The notes under the pieces were generated by a model. The model was given only the letters and a program-made list of their open reading frames with translations. It had not been told where the DNA came from and ran no database searches. From IMG/VR virus record IMGVR_UViG_3300044840_000111, positions 1 through 46,182 of that record: 46,182 bases of DNA; one strand, 5' to 3'. Each line of letters starts with the position of its first letter. The first letter of the stretch is position 1. Positions 37,001 to 45,558 of the stretch are shown here, piece after piece. The position numbers and the translations under genes were made by a program. The DNA comes from a virus (taxonomy: Duplodnaviria; Caudoviricetes).

Positions 37001-37115
37001 CTCAACTACGCCACCGTTTGTCCGTGACCGGAAGTGGACAGTAGCACCGGGGATGAGACAATGAGTTATTAGCAGCTAGTACGCTCTGTGCCTGTAGGCG
37101 TAGCGCGAACCGCGT

Positions 37116-37751
37116 ATCAAAACCATCGAACTGTTCTGCGGAACCAAATCGTTCAGCAAAGTAGCGGCGGCACTCGGGCACTCGACCTTCACGGTAGACA
37201 ACAGCTTCCAATTCAGGCCCGACCTCTGCAAAGACATGCGGGACGTACAGGCGACTGACCTTCCAGACCGACCGGACATCTTGTGGGCTTCGCCGCCATG
37301 CCAAGGGTTTAGCGTTGCAGCCATTGGGCGGAACTGGAACCACGACAACACGCCTAAGACGGACAGCGCACGTCTAGCGATGACACTCGCGCAAAAGACG
37401 CTCGCTCTTATCGAAGAGACAAAACCTACGTGGTGGTTCATCGAAAACCCAAGAGGCAAGCTCCGGAAGATGCCATTCATGGAAGGATTCACTCGACACA
37501 CCGTCACCTATTGCCAGTACGGCGACACTCGGATGAAGCCGACCGACATCTGGACGAATGCTGATTGGTGGGTTCCGCGAGAGGTGTGCGCGAACGGGGA
37601 CCCATGCCACGAAGCAGCTCCGCGCGGAGCAAAAACGGGAACGCAAGGTCTCAAAGGCGACATGGAGCGCAGTCGCATTCCAGCGCAATTATTCGAGGAC
37701 ATCTTCAACCATTTGAAAATCGAAACCAAGAATCCGACTGTCCGCTTTTAA
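37116..37751 (+). CDS. C5-cytosine DNA methyltransferase (apparent ATC start)
   Basis: Motif I ELFCG lies upstream of the ORF-caller start; motif IV WASPPCQGFS; motif VI IENP; KPT and RS.IP. Confidence 0.8.
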   Translation: MKTIELFCGTKSFSKVAAALGHSTFTVDNSFQFRPDLCKDMRDVQATDLPDRPDILWASPPCQGFSVAAIGRNWNHDNTPKTDSARLAMTLAQKTLALIEETKPTWWFIENPRGKLRKMPFMEGFTRHTVTYCQYGDTRMKPTDIWTNADWWVPREVCANGDPCHEAAPRGAKTGTQGLKGDMERSRIPAQLFEDIFNHLKIETKNPTVRF

Positions 37752-38034
37752 CATGCCCGCCTGCAAGAACTGCCGACACTCAGGCGCAGACCATAACTGG
37801 AAAGTCCAGCGCATCCGCGGACGGTGCGAACAACCCCGGTGCCCTTGTCCTGGCTACGTTCCTGACACCGACCAGCCAAAGCCAGTGAACAGCCTAATAG
37901 GACGCTTGCGGCGCAGACGATAACGGACACTGGCAGCGGGAGAGAAACGGGACACCGCAAGCGGCGTCCGTTTCCTGCATCAGTGTAGGCGAAGATATAA
38001 ACGACACGCCCGGAGGCGCGTCCTTTATCCTTCG

Positions 38035-38781
38035 CTACGCAATCGCATCCTGCACGAACTCATTGAACCCGTTTGTCCCGCGAGCCAGCCTCGCATACGC
38101 TGCGAGCATTTCCGCATCTTCCAACGTCGTCCCGCCCGCAACTTTGTCCTCGATCAGCAGCACACTCTGTCGCAATTTCGGCGGCAACTCGCTCAGCGAA
38201 TTTACGCCCGCGATCAGCCGGCCTTCCCGAATCAAACTCACATGCGCTTCCCGGCCGTAGAAGCCGAAGTCCGGTACGACGATCTGCCCCTTGAAGTGTG
38301 CCATCAGGAAGAGACCCAGGACCAGCGAATCGAACTCTCCCAACTCTGCCCGGTTGATCCTCGCGAACACTTTCGTGTTCTTTCCAGTGAATGCAAAATC
38401 GCTGCCCGAGCAGAGAGCACTCCTCAGCACATCCGTGAAAAGCAGCTCGCTTATCATTCCCTCGACTTCTTCCTTCACACCTTTCACATCGCTCCGGACC
38501 CGAATCTCATCGAGCCGTTTCGCTCCCGCCAACGCCTCTGCAAGCGCACGACGCCCATTCCTTACAGTAAGCGTATTTTCGCCCTGGGGTGAGACCGTGT
38601 AGAGCACATCCGCCAGCTCCCGCGCTTTCTTCTTATCGAGCCCCTTGAGCGGATTGAAGCTGTGCTTTAGCGGGTCAAACACTTTCGCCTTTGGATGCCT
38701 CGGCACCTCATCATCAATGAAAAGAAACGAGCCTTTGGGCAACTCGACACTTTTTGAAAATCCGACATATAACTTGTTCAT
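38035..38781 (-). CDS. Degenerate coupling-protein/TraD-like protein
   Basis: LFIDD, FDP.KHSFNPL, A.ELAD.LY and INRAELGE motifs; no Walker A; start taken at MNKLY. Confidence 0.55.
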   Translation of the reverse strand: MNKLYVGFSKSVELPKGSFLFIDDEVPRHPKAKVFDPLKHSFNPLKGLDKKKARELADVLYTVSPQGENTLTVRNGRRALAEALAGAKRLDEIRVRSDVKGVKEEVEGMISELLFTDVLRSALCSGSDFAFTGKNTKVFARINRAELGEFDSLVLGLFLMAHFKGQIVVPDFGFYGREAHVSLIREGRLIAGVNSLSELPPKLRQSVLLIEDKVAGGTTLEDAEMLAAYARLARGTNGFNEFVQDAIA

Positions 38782-39017
38782 TGCATTGGCGGGCAGTCGA
38801 CGGCACGTATTTACCCCGCATCGCTGGACAGGATCTGCGTGCAGGCCGCCCGCCGTAAACAAAGAACCACCCGCCTGATTTTATCACTGTCTAGCTAGGA
38901 GGCTGGGGGAACTGTGAAGGGCATTGTCGCCTGTCCCCACCATGACGTTGCGCGTCAGCGAACGTTTGGTAGACTTGCCGAATGGAAAGAATGGCGGCTT
39001 GGAAACAGTTAGACAGA

Positions 39018-39155
39018 ATGAAAAAGCCTGACGAGATATTTGACCTCGTGTGTTTTGGAAACTTTATGGCAGGGCAATTTAACGCCAAAATACCAGTGGA
39101 CGAAAGCCGTCGCGCATTCGCCCGAATTAAAAAACTTCTCTCAAAGACTTCATGA
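39018..39155 (+). CDS. 45-aa hypothetical protein
   Basis: Manual translation MKKPDEIFDLVCFGNF...; ATGA overlap with the next ORF. Confidence 0.4.
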   Translation: MKKPDEIFDLVCFGNFMAGQFNAKIPVDESRRAFARIKKLLSKTS

Positions 39156-39307
39156 CCTCTCCCGCCTCCCAACTCGGCAAGCTCTCTTGGAAGAAGCGAG
39201 CGAAGAAATTCAAGACCAAGAAACATATGAAGGCCATAGGCACCTTGGGCGCTATCAAGACGAACGAGATCAAGAGGCTGAAGCGCCTACACTCCTCGAA
39301 TGCATGA
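39152..39307 (+). CDS. 51-aa basic protein (SPASQLGK...HMKAIG.LGA type), possible DNA-binding regulator
   Basis: Manual translation; ATGA overlaps at both ends; lies upstream of the early promoter. Confidence 0.55.
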   Translation: MTSPASQLGKLSWKKRAKKFKTKKHMKAIGTLGAIKTNEIKRLKRLHSSNA

Positions 39308-39660
39308 CGACTAGCCTAGTGCCATCTAAGACCTGCCGTCGCTTTCAAGACATCTGGCGAGGCATCAAACGCCGTTGCAACACAAAGAAGAATTCAGCTT
39401 ATCCGTATTACGGAGCCCGTGGCATTAAGCTCTGCAAACGATGGAGAACCTACAACAATTTTTGCCGCGATATGTACCTCAGCTATCGCATGCATGTCCA
39501 AGACTTCGGGGAAGCAAACACTTCACTCGACCGTAAGAACGTGAACGGCGACTACAAGCCTAGCAACTGCCGTTGGGCTACACGGCGCGAACAAGCGGCA
39601 AATAAACAGAAGCCCTTGACAAAAGCACGTTTCGACGCCGAACCGGAGTGGTGTGGATAA
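39304..39660 (+). CDS. HNH-family endonuclease-like protein
   Basis: W.GIKRRC......Y.YYGARGI..C.RW and SLDRKNVNGDY.PSNCRWAT..EQ..N; ATG 39304 overlaps the upstream stop. Confidence 0.82.
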   Translation: MTTSLVPSKTCRRFQDIWRGIKRRCNTKKNSAYPYYGARGIKLCKRWRTYNNFCRDMYLSYRMHVQDFGEANTSLDRKNVNGDYKPSNCRWATRREQAANKQKPLTKARFDAEPEWCG

Positions 39661-39794
39661 ACCCCTTGCGCCGAACGCTTGGCGTGAGACAATACATATT
39701 AGGAAGCAGCGGTGGAAACCTCTCGGCCTAGCCTGCGAAAGCAGTGATGCCTAAACTCAGGACACAACTCCGCTCTTCCTAGCTCATTGAAAAC
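39652..39794 (+). promoter_or_regulatory. Early-operon promoter with structured leader and boxA-like site
   Basis: TGTGGATAA, TTGCGC-16nt-GACAAT, stem 39701-39712/39770-39780, GCTCATTGAAAAC at 39782-39794. Confidence 0.55.
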
Positions 39795-40006
39795 TTAAAA
39801 CCGACACCAGAGCCAGCCATAGGCGAGTACTCTGATTTCGGAGAGGTGTGCGGACTGGTCGCATGAGGCGTAGAGGTTTAATTCCTTATCGGAGCAGCTC
39901 TCCGGTCTCGACCAGCCGCCCGCGCATCTCACAATTACAAGCCTTGTGTCTTCTGTCTCGCGTACCCACAAGGCGCGCGAGGCCGAGGAATAAACAACCA
40001 TCAAAT

Positions 40007-40225
40007 ATGAAACACGAACTAGACTTCAAACAAGTCGTCGAAGAGATGTCACCCATCACCACCGACGAATTGCGCCGCTACTCATCTGATTCAAAGCGCA
40101 CCCTACAAGCCAAGAAAGACCGCGAGGCCGAGAAGGCTCGCAAGAAGGACGCCGCACGATCAACCAACCCTATCAGCGTCATGCTCATCACGGGATTAAT
40201 CGCATCAACCGCGCTGTATGTTTGA
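40007..40225 (+). CDS. Hypothetical protein with C-terminal TM
   Basis: T-ATG at 40007 after an A/C-rich leader. Confidence 0.6.
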   Translation: MKHELDFKQVVEEMSPITTDELRRYSSDSKRTLQAKKDREAEKARKKDAARSTNPISVMLITGLIASTALYV

Positions 40226-40378
40226 CCCTTTAAGAGGGCAGATTACGGTCCGACCGCTGCCCTACCAGCCACGGCCTGAGAGCCACTGGTTCTCAATCAT
40301 CACCGGACTGAAACCAAAAGACTTCTTACCAGCCCGCCGCAGCAATATGTTCGCGGCTCGCTCTAAACAACATCCCGT

Positions 40379-40582
40379 ATGAACCTCATTGAAAAGAAAG
40401 AACTCACTCAGGAAGAAAGAACCCGCGCAGAAGAGTTCATCATTGAACTTGATTTCCGAAAGACGAAACGCAAAGGCGATGCCGCCTGGAGAGAGATCGA
40501 CCAGATAACCGGACTAGGAGACTACATCCCCGGACAGGACGATGGAGAGCCGCCAGCGGATTACTCTCGCCTAGAAAACTAA
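40379..40582 (+). CDS. Hypothetical protein
   Basis: T-ATG start; early operon. Confidence 0.65.
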   Translation: MNLIEKKELTQEERTRAEEFIIELDFRKTKRKGDAAWREIDQITGLGDYIPGQDDGEPPADYSRLEN

Positions 40583-40593
40583 TCACATCATGT

Positions 40594-41238
40594 ATGGAGA
40601 CATCACTAGAGATTAAGAACATCGCCAAGGCTCTCAAAGAATTTCATGAGCTGACGATTACGATCACCAAGGACGCGACCAACCCGCACTTCCACTCCAA
40701 GTTTGCAAGCCTCGACAACATCATCGAAACCATCCGCATTCCGCTTGCGAGCCGCGGACTTGCATTCTCGCAGTTTCCAGACGGCGACGGCCTTACGACC
40801 ATCCTCTTACACTCACCTTCCGGCGAGTGGATGAAGGCGACCGCCAACTTAAAACTAGCGAAGGAAGATCCCCAAGGACAGGGCAGCGCATACACCTACC
40901 ACCGCCGCTACGCACTGGCCGCAATGCTTGGGCTTGCAACTGAGGATGATGACGACGGCAACGAGGCTTCTAAGGCCCCTGTGACCGCTAAAACTGCTCA
41001 AGGAGGCTCGAAACCCGCCGCTGCGAAGAAGGACGCACCCAGCGAGTTAGACGTGCAGAAGGAGCGTGTATGGTTCCTCTTAAAAGCCCTCGGCATGAAA
41101 GCCAACGCAACGAAAAACGAAGCGACTGCGGCTGTATTCGAGAAGACAAAATTACATCTCACCGACGAAAATCTCCCTGCGATAGCCGAAACGCTGGCGG
41201 CGCAATTAGAAGCTAAGGAGGCAGCAGCCGAACAATAA
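40594..41238 (+). CDS. erf: ERF-family ssDNA annealing protein
   Basis: KDATNPHF.SKFASL, LLH.SGEW, PQGQGSAYTY.RRYAL.A.LG...EDDDGN. Confidence 0.92.
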   Translation: METSLEIKNIAKALKEFHELTITITKDATNPHFHSKFASLDNIIETIRIPLASRGLAFSQFPDGDGLTTILLHSPSGEWMKATANLKLAKEDPQGQGSAYTYHRRYALAAMLGLATEDDDDGNEASKAPVTAKTAQGGSKPAAAKKDAPSELDVQKERVWFLLKALGMKANATKNEATAAVFEKTKLHLTDENLPAIAETLAAQLEAKEAAAEQ

Positions 41239-41239
41239 T

Positions 41240-41401
41240 ATGGCCGACTTCGACTTCGCAGAAATGCTTAAACAGATGGAATTCGCCCATCTCTACAAAA
41301 TACATCCGCACTTCGATAAATACCCGAAGTACATGCAAGACGCACTCATCGCCAACGAACGATTACAAGGCAGAATTACAAAGGAAACACCCGCAAAATA
41401 A
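41240..41401 (+). CDS. 53-aa hypothetical protein
   Basis: Manual translation; exactly fills the gap between erf and the next gene; T-ATG start. Confidence 0.6.
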   Translation: MADFDFAEMLKQMEFAHLYKIHPHFDKYPKYMQDALIANERLQGRITKETPAK

Positions 41402-41402
41402 T

Positions 41403-41696
41403 ATGTCTGAACAAATCTTCCCCGAAGGCATGAGACTCTGGCCGCCCCACGAACGGGCTCCACAATTCATAAAAGGAAATCTATCAGTTCACCTCGCAAC
41501 ATTCACTGAATGGGCGCAACAGCATCTAGACGCGAAAGGATTTGTGAAGCTCGACCTCAAAGAAGGCCGTGACGCCAAGCTGTACCTCGCTTTGAACACT
41601 TGGAAAAAGGACGACGCACGGAGCGACACGCAGCACGGCACACACCAAGAGGAAGCGCCGACGGCCGACATTAATCCAGACGACATACCTTTTTGA
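41403..41696 (+). CDS. Single-stranded DNA-binding-like protein
   Basis: Acidic C-terminal DINPDDIPF tail; near erf. Confidence 0.6.
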   Translation: MSEQIFPEGMRLWPPHERAPQFIKGNLSVHLATFTEWAQQHLDAKGFVKLDLKEGRDAKLYLALNTWKKDDARSDTQHGTHQEEAPTADINPDDIPF

Positions 41697-41702
41697 CGAC
41701 AT

Positions 41703-42098
41703 ATGGCCTTCCGCGCGACCATCAAGAACGGAGTGCTTGAATTTCCGACACCCGCCGCAGCGGTCCGCTTCCAGCAGTGGAAACGCGACCACGACGGCCT
41801 CCGCATCATCATTGAAGAGGACAAGCCATCCCGCTCGCATTCTCAAAATGCTTACTACTGGACGTACCTGAGCGTCATAGCGATCGAGACTGGCGACAAC
41901 GCCGACGACTTGCACGAGTTCTTCAAGCGGAAATTGTTGCCGCCTGTCTTCAAGACGATACGCGGGGAGGAAATCAAACTTCCCGCATCGACGACAGACT
42001 TGAGCAAGAACGACTTCACCGAATACCTGGACAGAATCTGTGCGCTTACCAACGTCCCGCTGCCCGATCCAATTGCTGCGGGATATTTACCTCATTAA
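41703..42098 (+). CDS. NinB/Orf-like recombination protein
   Basis: RS.SQNAYYW, LHEFFK, STT.L....F..Y...I. Confidence 0.75.
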   Translation: MAFRATIKNGVLEFPTPAAAVRFQQWKRDHDGLRIIIEEDKPSRSHSQNAYYWTYLSVIAIETGDNADDLHEFFKRKLLPPVFKTIRGEEIKLPASTTDLSKNDFTEYLDRICALTNVPLPDPIAAGYLPH

Positions 42099-42101
42099 CC
42101 T

Positions 42102-42542
42102 ATGACCACTACATGCTGTGAGAAGTGCGCAAATTGGCACGTAACAAAAGGTCTGACCCCAGATAATCAAAATTGTATCTGCCCCTGCCACGAGAAGAAA
42201 TGTTGCGACGCAGGATGCCACGGCGACACTTGCCCTGTTCACGGCTCCCCCCACCAAGAAAGCTGGGAGAAGGAGTTTGATGACCTGTTCACCTACTTCG
42301 GCCCTAACATTATTCGAGACTTGAAATCCTTCATCTCCTCCCTTCTCTCTAAGGCACGGGAGGAAGGAGCGAAAGAAGCACTTGACGAGAAGCCATGGAT
42401 TGATTTTACCGAAATGCGTTTCGCACAAGGTATAAAAGAAGAACGCACCAGGATATTGGCGGCATTAGATAAAAAGTACGAATATGCCAATGACGGCGAA
42501 ACCATCGCTCGTATCCGCTCCCTAATCTCTAAAGGCGTATGA
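42102..42542 (+). CDS. Hypothetical protein with Cys-rich N-terminus
   Basis: CC.KC...C.CPCH; WEKEFD; KSFISSLL. Confidence 0.7.
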   Translation: MTTTCCEKCANWHVTKGLTPDNQNCICPCHEKKCCDAGCHGDTCPVHGSPHQESWEKEFDDLFTYFGPNIIRDLKSFISSLLSKAREEGAKEALDEKPWIDFTEMRFAQGIKEERTRILAALDKKYEYANDGETIARIRSLISKGV

Positions 42543-42994
42543 CGCTTCAGACCTGCCGCTTATGCCTAAAGAAAAAACAACTTGAAACAGAATTCTACCG
42601 TAGCCGCTCAAACAGAACCGGCTTCGACAAACGTTGCAAAGAATGTCACGCCGCCACTTCACGTCTCAGGAAGCGCATTACTTATAACCTTGAGAAAAAA
42701 CGGCAGAACCGTCGCAAACTGATTATTGAAAATCCGAACTACTACACCGATCGAGCAAGAAGGGAACGCGCGAGCAACCCTCTTAAATACAGGGCACGTT
42801 ACACATTACAAAACGCCGTCAGAGATGGTCGAGTAACGAGGAAGCCTTGCATTAAATGCGGCAACAGAAAATCCCAAGGCCATCACAACGACTATTCTAA
42901 GCCGCTACACGTCTTATGGTTATGCTCGCGGCATCACGGGCAGCACCATCGCAAGCCGGACCTCGTTAACAAATTAAAGGAAGAGGAGGTATGA
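42539..42994 (+). CDS. HNH-like zinc nuclease
   Basis: C..C...K....FY...CKEC; AVRDG...RKPC..CG....QGHH.DYSKPL.V.WLC..HH. Confidence 0.82.
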   Translation: MTLQTCRLCLKKKQLETEFYRSRSNRTGFDKRCKECHAATSRLRKRITYNLEKKRQNRRKLIIENPNYYTDRARRERASNPLKYRARYTLQNAVRDGRVTRKPCIKCGNRKSQGHHNDYSKPLHVLWLCSRHHGQHHRKPDLVNKLKEEEV

Positions 42995-43143
42995 GCTACG
43001 CCCTAATGCACAACAACAAAGGAGAATGGTGGGTGGTTGAACCACAGGGTGGAAATCGCCCAGATAAACTCGTGTATCTTCTAAAAGCCACTTCACACCA
43101 ACAAGCGAAAAGAGAGGCCCGTAAACTTCGATATAACGTATGA
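42991..43143 (+). CDS. 50-aa hypothetical protein
   Basis: Manual translation MSYALMHNNKGEWWVVE...; ATGA overlaps at both ends. Confidence 0.55.
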   Translation: MSYALMHNNKGEWWVVEPQGGNRPDKLVYLLKATSHQQAKREARKLRYNV

Positions 43144-43216
43144 TCCACATCGAACAAGCAATCAAAGAGGCGGTGGAGAAGATTGCGGCTTTCCCTAAAC
43201 GCGATATCATTAGGCA

Positions 43217-43726
43217 GTGGTTCCGTGGAATAAAGGAAAACGTATTGCGCCAATACGAAAATGTGAGGCTTGCCCGACTTCTAACCGACGTATATTCCAG
43301 CACAACGGGCACGTCGTCTGCGACCGCCACTACCACCACCTTCGACGCCACGGCCGTATCCTCAGCGATACAGAAGCTCGCAGCAGACTCAGAACATCTC
43401 AGTCAAAGTGGGTTGGCCGCCGACCTTGGAATTACAAGGGAGGGCGTGCAACGCTTAATATGGCTGTGCGCCGATGCGCAAGATACAAGCAATGGGTCAA
43501 AGACATATTCCGAAGAGACGATTACACGTGTCAAAAATGCTCTGTACGCGGAGCGTATCTTGAAGCAGACCACTTTCCGGTTCGCTTCGCCACAATCATT
43601 GATGAAGAACGAATTACTACCTACGAAGCAGCAATGGCGTGTGAACGGCTATGGGATATCGCCAACGGTCGCACGCTCTGTCGTAAATGCCATCGCAACA
43701 TAACAATATATGCCACACTTAACTAA
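43217..43726 (+). CDS. HNH endonuclease with NUMOD-like PWNKG repeats
   Basis: PWNKG, PWNYKGG, W...IF.RDDYTCQ.C, LEADH, WDI.NGRTLC..CH; start codon uncertain. Confidence 0.82.
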   Translation: MVPWNKGKRIAPIRKCEACPTSNRRIFQHNGHVVCDRHYHHLRRHGRILSDTEARSRLRTSQSKWVGRRPWNYKGGRATLNMAVRRCARYKQWVKDIFRRDDYTCQKCSVRGAYLEADHFPVRFATIIDEERITTYEAAMACERLWDIANGRTLCRKCHRNITIYATLN

Positions 43727-44057
43727 AGCAATTGACGACGCTCTCGCTCACGGATGGGAGCGCAAACAGCCCAAATTCGTTCTCAACACCACCGTCATAT
43801 CCAACCCCGACCTTCTTGACCCTGCATTTTTCCAAGCACTCGGTAAGGCGCGGGGGTGGTACAACTCTTATCACGAAACTCCGCCGCACGAATTAGAAAT
43901 GCCCATGTGCTGGTGTGGCGCGACAAATGAGGGTGTGAACGGAGAACTTCTCACGGTACATCAAGACCGCACTTGGCGCGGGGCTTGGCACCGCTTCATC
44001 GACCACCTCGCAGAGGGGAAGACCGCTGAGGAATTCTTTAGCGGCCTAACGAATTGA
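43710..44057 (+). CDS. Phage hypothetical protein
   Basis: LLDP.FFQALGKA.GW ... WHRFIDHLAEGK..E.FF motifs. Confidence 0.75.
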   Translation: MPHLTKAIDDALAHGWERKQPKFVLNTTVISNPDLLDPAFFQALGKARGWYNSYHETPPHELEMPMCWCGATNEGVNGELLTVHQDRTWRGAWHRFIDHLAEGKTAEEFFSGLTN

Positions 44058-44060
44058 TTT

Positions 44061-44330
44061 ATGGAGTTGACCAACCAACAGCGCAAAGTCGCCAACTACA
44101 TCTTCCGACACCGCGGCTGCACCACAAAAGACATTCAGAGAGACACTGGAATAACGTGCCCGAGCGGTCGCATCACTGAAATCAGACAGGCCGGAATAAA
44201 CATCTTCAGCATCGGCAAAAAGAAATACGCAGGCTCAAAAGCGTTTGAGTGTTATGCCATTGAGGTGCCGTCAGCTAAAGCACCTGATCGCATACTCGCC
44301 GAACCGCTCCTTGAGCATAATTACCATTAG
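44061..44330 (+). CDS. Winged-helix DNA-binding protein
   Basis: Q...V..Y......T..DI.....I.CPSGRI.EIR..G. Confidence 0.72.
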   Translation: MELTNQQRKVANYIFRHRGCTTKDIQRDTGITCPSGRITEIRQAGINIFSIGKKKYAGSKAFECYAIEVPSAKAPDRILAEPLLEHNYH

Positions 44331-44340
44331 CAATGACCGT

Positions 44341-44511
44341 ATGAACACCGAGAAGGTAAATCGCGTTGAAGTAATAGACCACACCAAATCTCTAGAAGAC
44401 GGGGGTGGCCGCGCTTATGTGTTTTGGGAGAAAACGGCCAAGGTTGAACTACAGCTACAAGACGACGGCCGCACCCTTAAAATCTTTATCAGCTCAGTCG
44501 TCAATCACTAG
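44341..44511 (+). CDS. Small phage protein
   Basis: V.RVEVIDH...GRAYV......VELQLQDDGRTLKIF; T-ATG at 44341. Confidence 0.7.
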   Translation: MNTEKVNRVEVIDHTKSLEDGGGRAYVFWEKTAKVELQLQDDGRTLKIFISSVVNH

Positions 44512-44567
44512 GTCGCGCATTCTGTGTTGTGCGACATTCAGAAATTACCATTTAACTCTTCAATATT

Positions 44568-45056
44568 ATGACGAACGACCCATTAGAAGTCCTCCTGAAG
44601 TCACCCGACGAAATAGCGCAGATGCGGAAAAACGGAGAACTGCTACCCGTCCCGTCGCCTCGCATTCCTCTCGATGACAAAAACACAGAGGACATGAGCG
44701 ACGCCGAACTCAATTTGTCTCTCGCAGTCGCTTGCAATGCTAAAGAAATCACCAGCGATGACTTCAAAGAAGCCGTGGGCCAGGATTTTTACTCGTTCTG
44801 GAACGAAAACAATAAAGCTTGTCTTGCTGCTTGGAGAGACAGGGCGGTCCGAGCCAAGCACGAGAAAAAAAGTCCTCTCCACATTCGTTGCCAATTCAGC
44901 AATCAGGGGCTCATAGAGCTACGACAACATGGCCGACAGCGATACGGACATATAATAGGGTACTCCCGAACAGGAGGTGTACACGTCCTTTGGGACGGCC
45001 GGAACGTGCCGCAAACGTATGCAAAGGAATTCATCGCGACTGGTAACGTGGACTGA
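44568..45056 (+). CDS. Hypothetical protein
   Basis: T-ATG start; 162-aa ORF. Confidence 0.6.
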   Translation: MTNDPLEVLLKSPDEIAQMRKNGELLPVPSPRIPLDDKNTEDMSDAELNLSLAVACNAKEITSDDFKEAVGQDFYSFWNENNKACLAAWRDRAVRAKHEKKSPLHIRCQFSNQGLIELRQHGRQRYGHIIGYSRTGGVHVLWDGRNVPQTYAKEFIATGNVD

Positions 45057-45455
45057 TTAACACGTCGCACAATGTATAGTGTTCGACCCTCGCTCACGCT
45101 GTCACAGCTCATTCAAGGGTCTGTTCGCCTCGCAGAAATCAAAAACCAACTGACTCCCTAGAAAGTTCAAACGAAGATTCCCATGTCGTTACACGCTATC
45201 CTGGCCCGGCTCCTTGCTGTTTGATTGACACTCAACAGCCTCGCAGCGGTATTAAATGACCACTCAAGCCGCAAAACCGCTGCTTGAAAAAGAATCTTCA
45301 CGGCATACAAAAGCCGTCTAACCGCCTTCAACCATTGAGAACTTCTGGGGGAGTTGCGCTAAATTGGCACAAACCGTCGGGGAAAACCCTCTGACGGTAG
45401 GGATCTGTTAAACACATTATAGCGAGTATGGCGTGTAACCCAAAAGGAGGACCCT

Positions 45456-45536
45456 TTGAGCTACACGATCATAAAAGCGTTTATCGCCGTCGTATGGGCG
45501 ATAGTTGAGCTGCTCGAAGCCTTCCACAGCGATTAA
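45456..45536 (+). CDS. 26-aa hydrophobic peptide, type I toxin-like (MSYTIIKAFIAVVWAIVELLEAFHSD)
   Basis: Perfect SD AAAGGAGG 5 nt before TTG; followed by a terminator. Confidence 0.55.
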   Translation: MSYTIIKAFIAVVWAIVELLEAFHSD

Positions 45537-45558
45537 GCAGTTCTTCTTTCGTCACAGG

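Noticed and set aside
39040-39303. N-terminal extension of the HNH ORF 39040..39660
   Set aside because: Better explained by two small coupled ORFs (39018, 39152) and an ATGA-overlapping start at 39304
39700-39990. tRNA or tmRNA gene
   Set aside because: No cloverleaf with T-loop GTTCRA and acceptor stem could be built by eye here or in other intergenic regions
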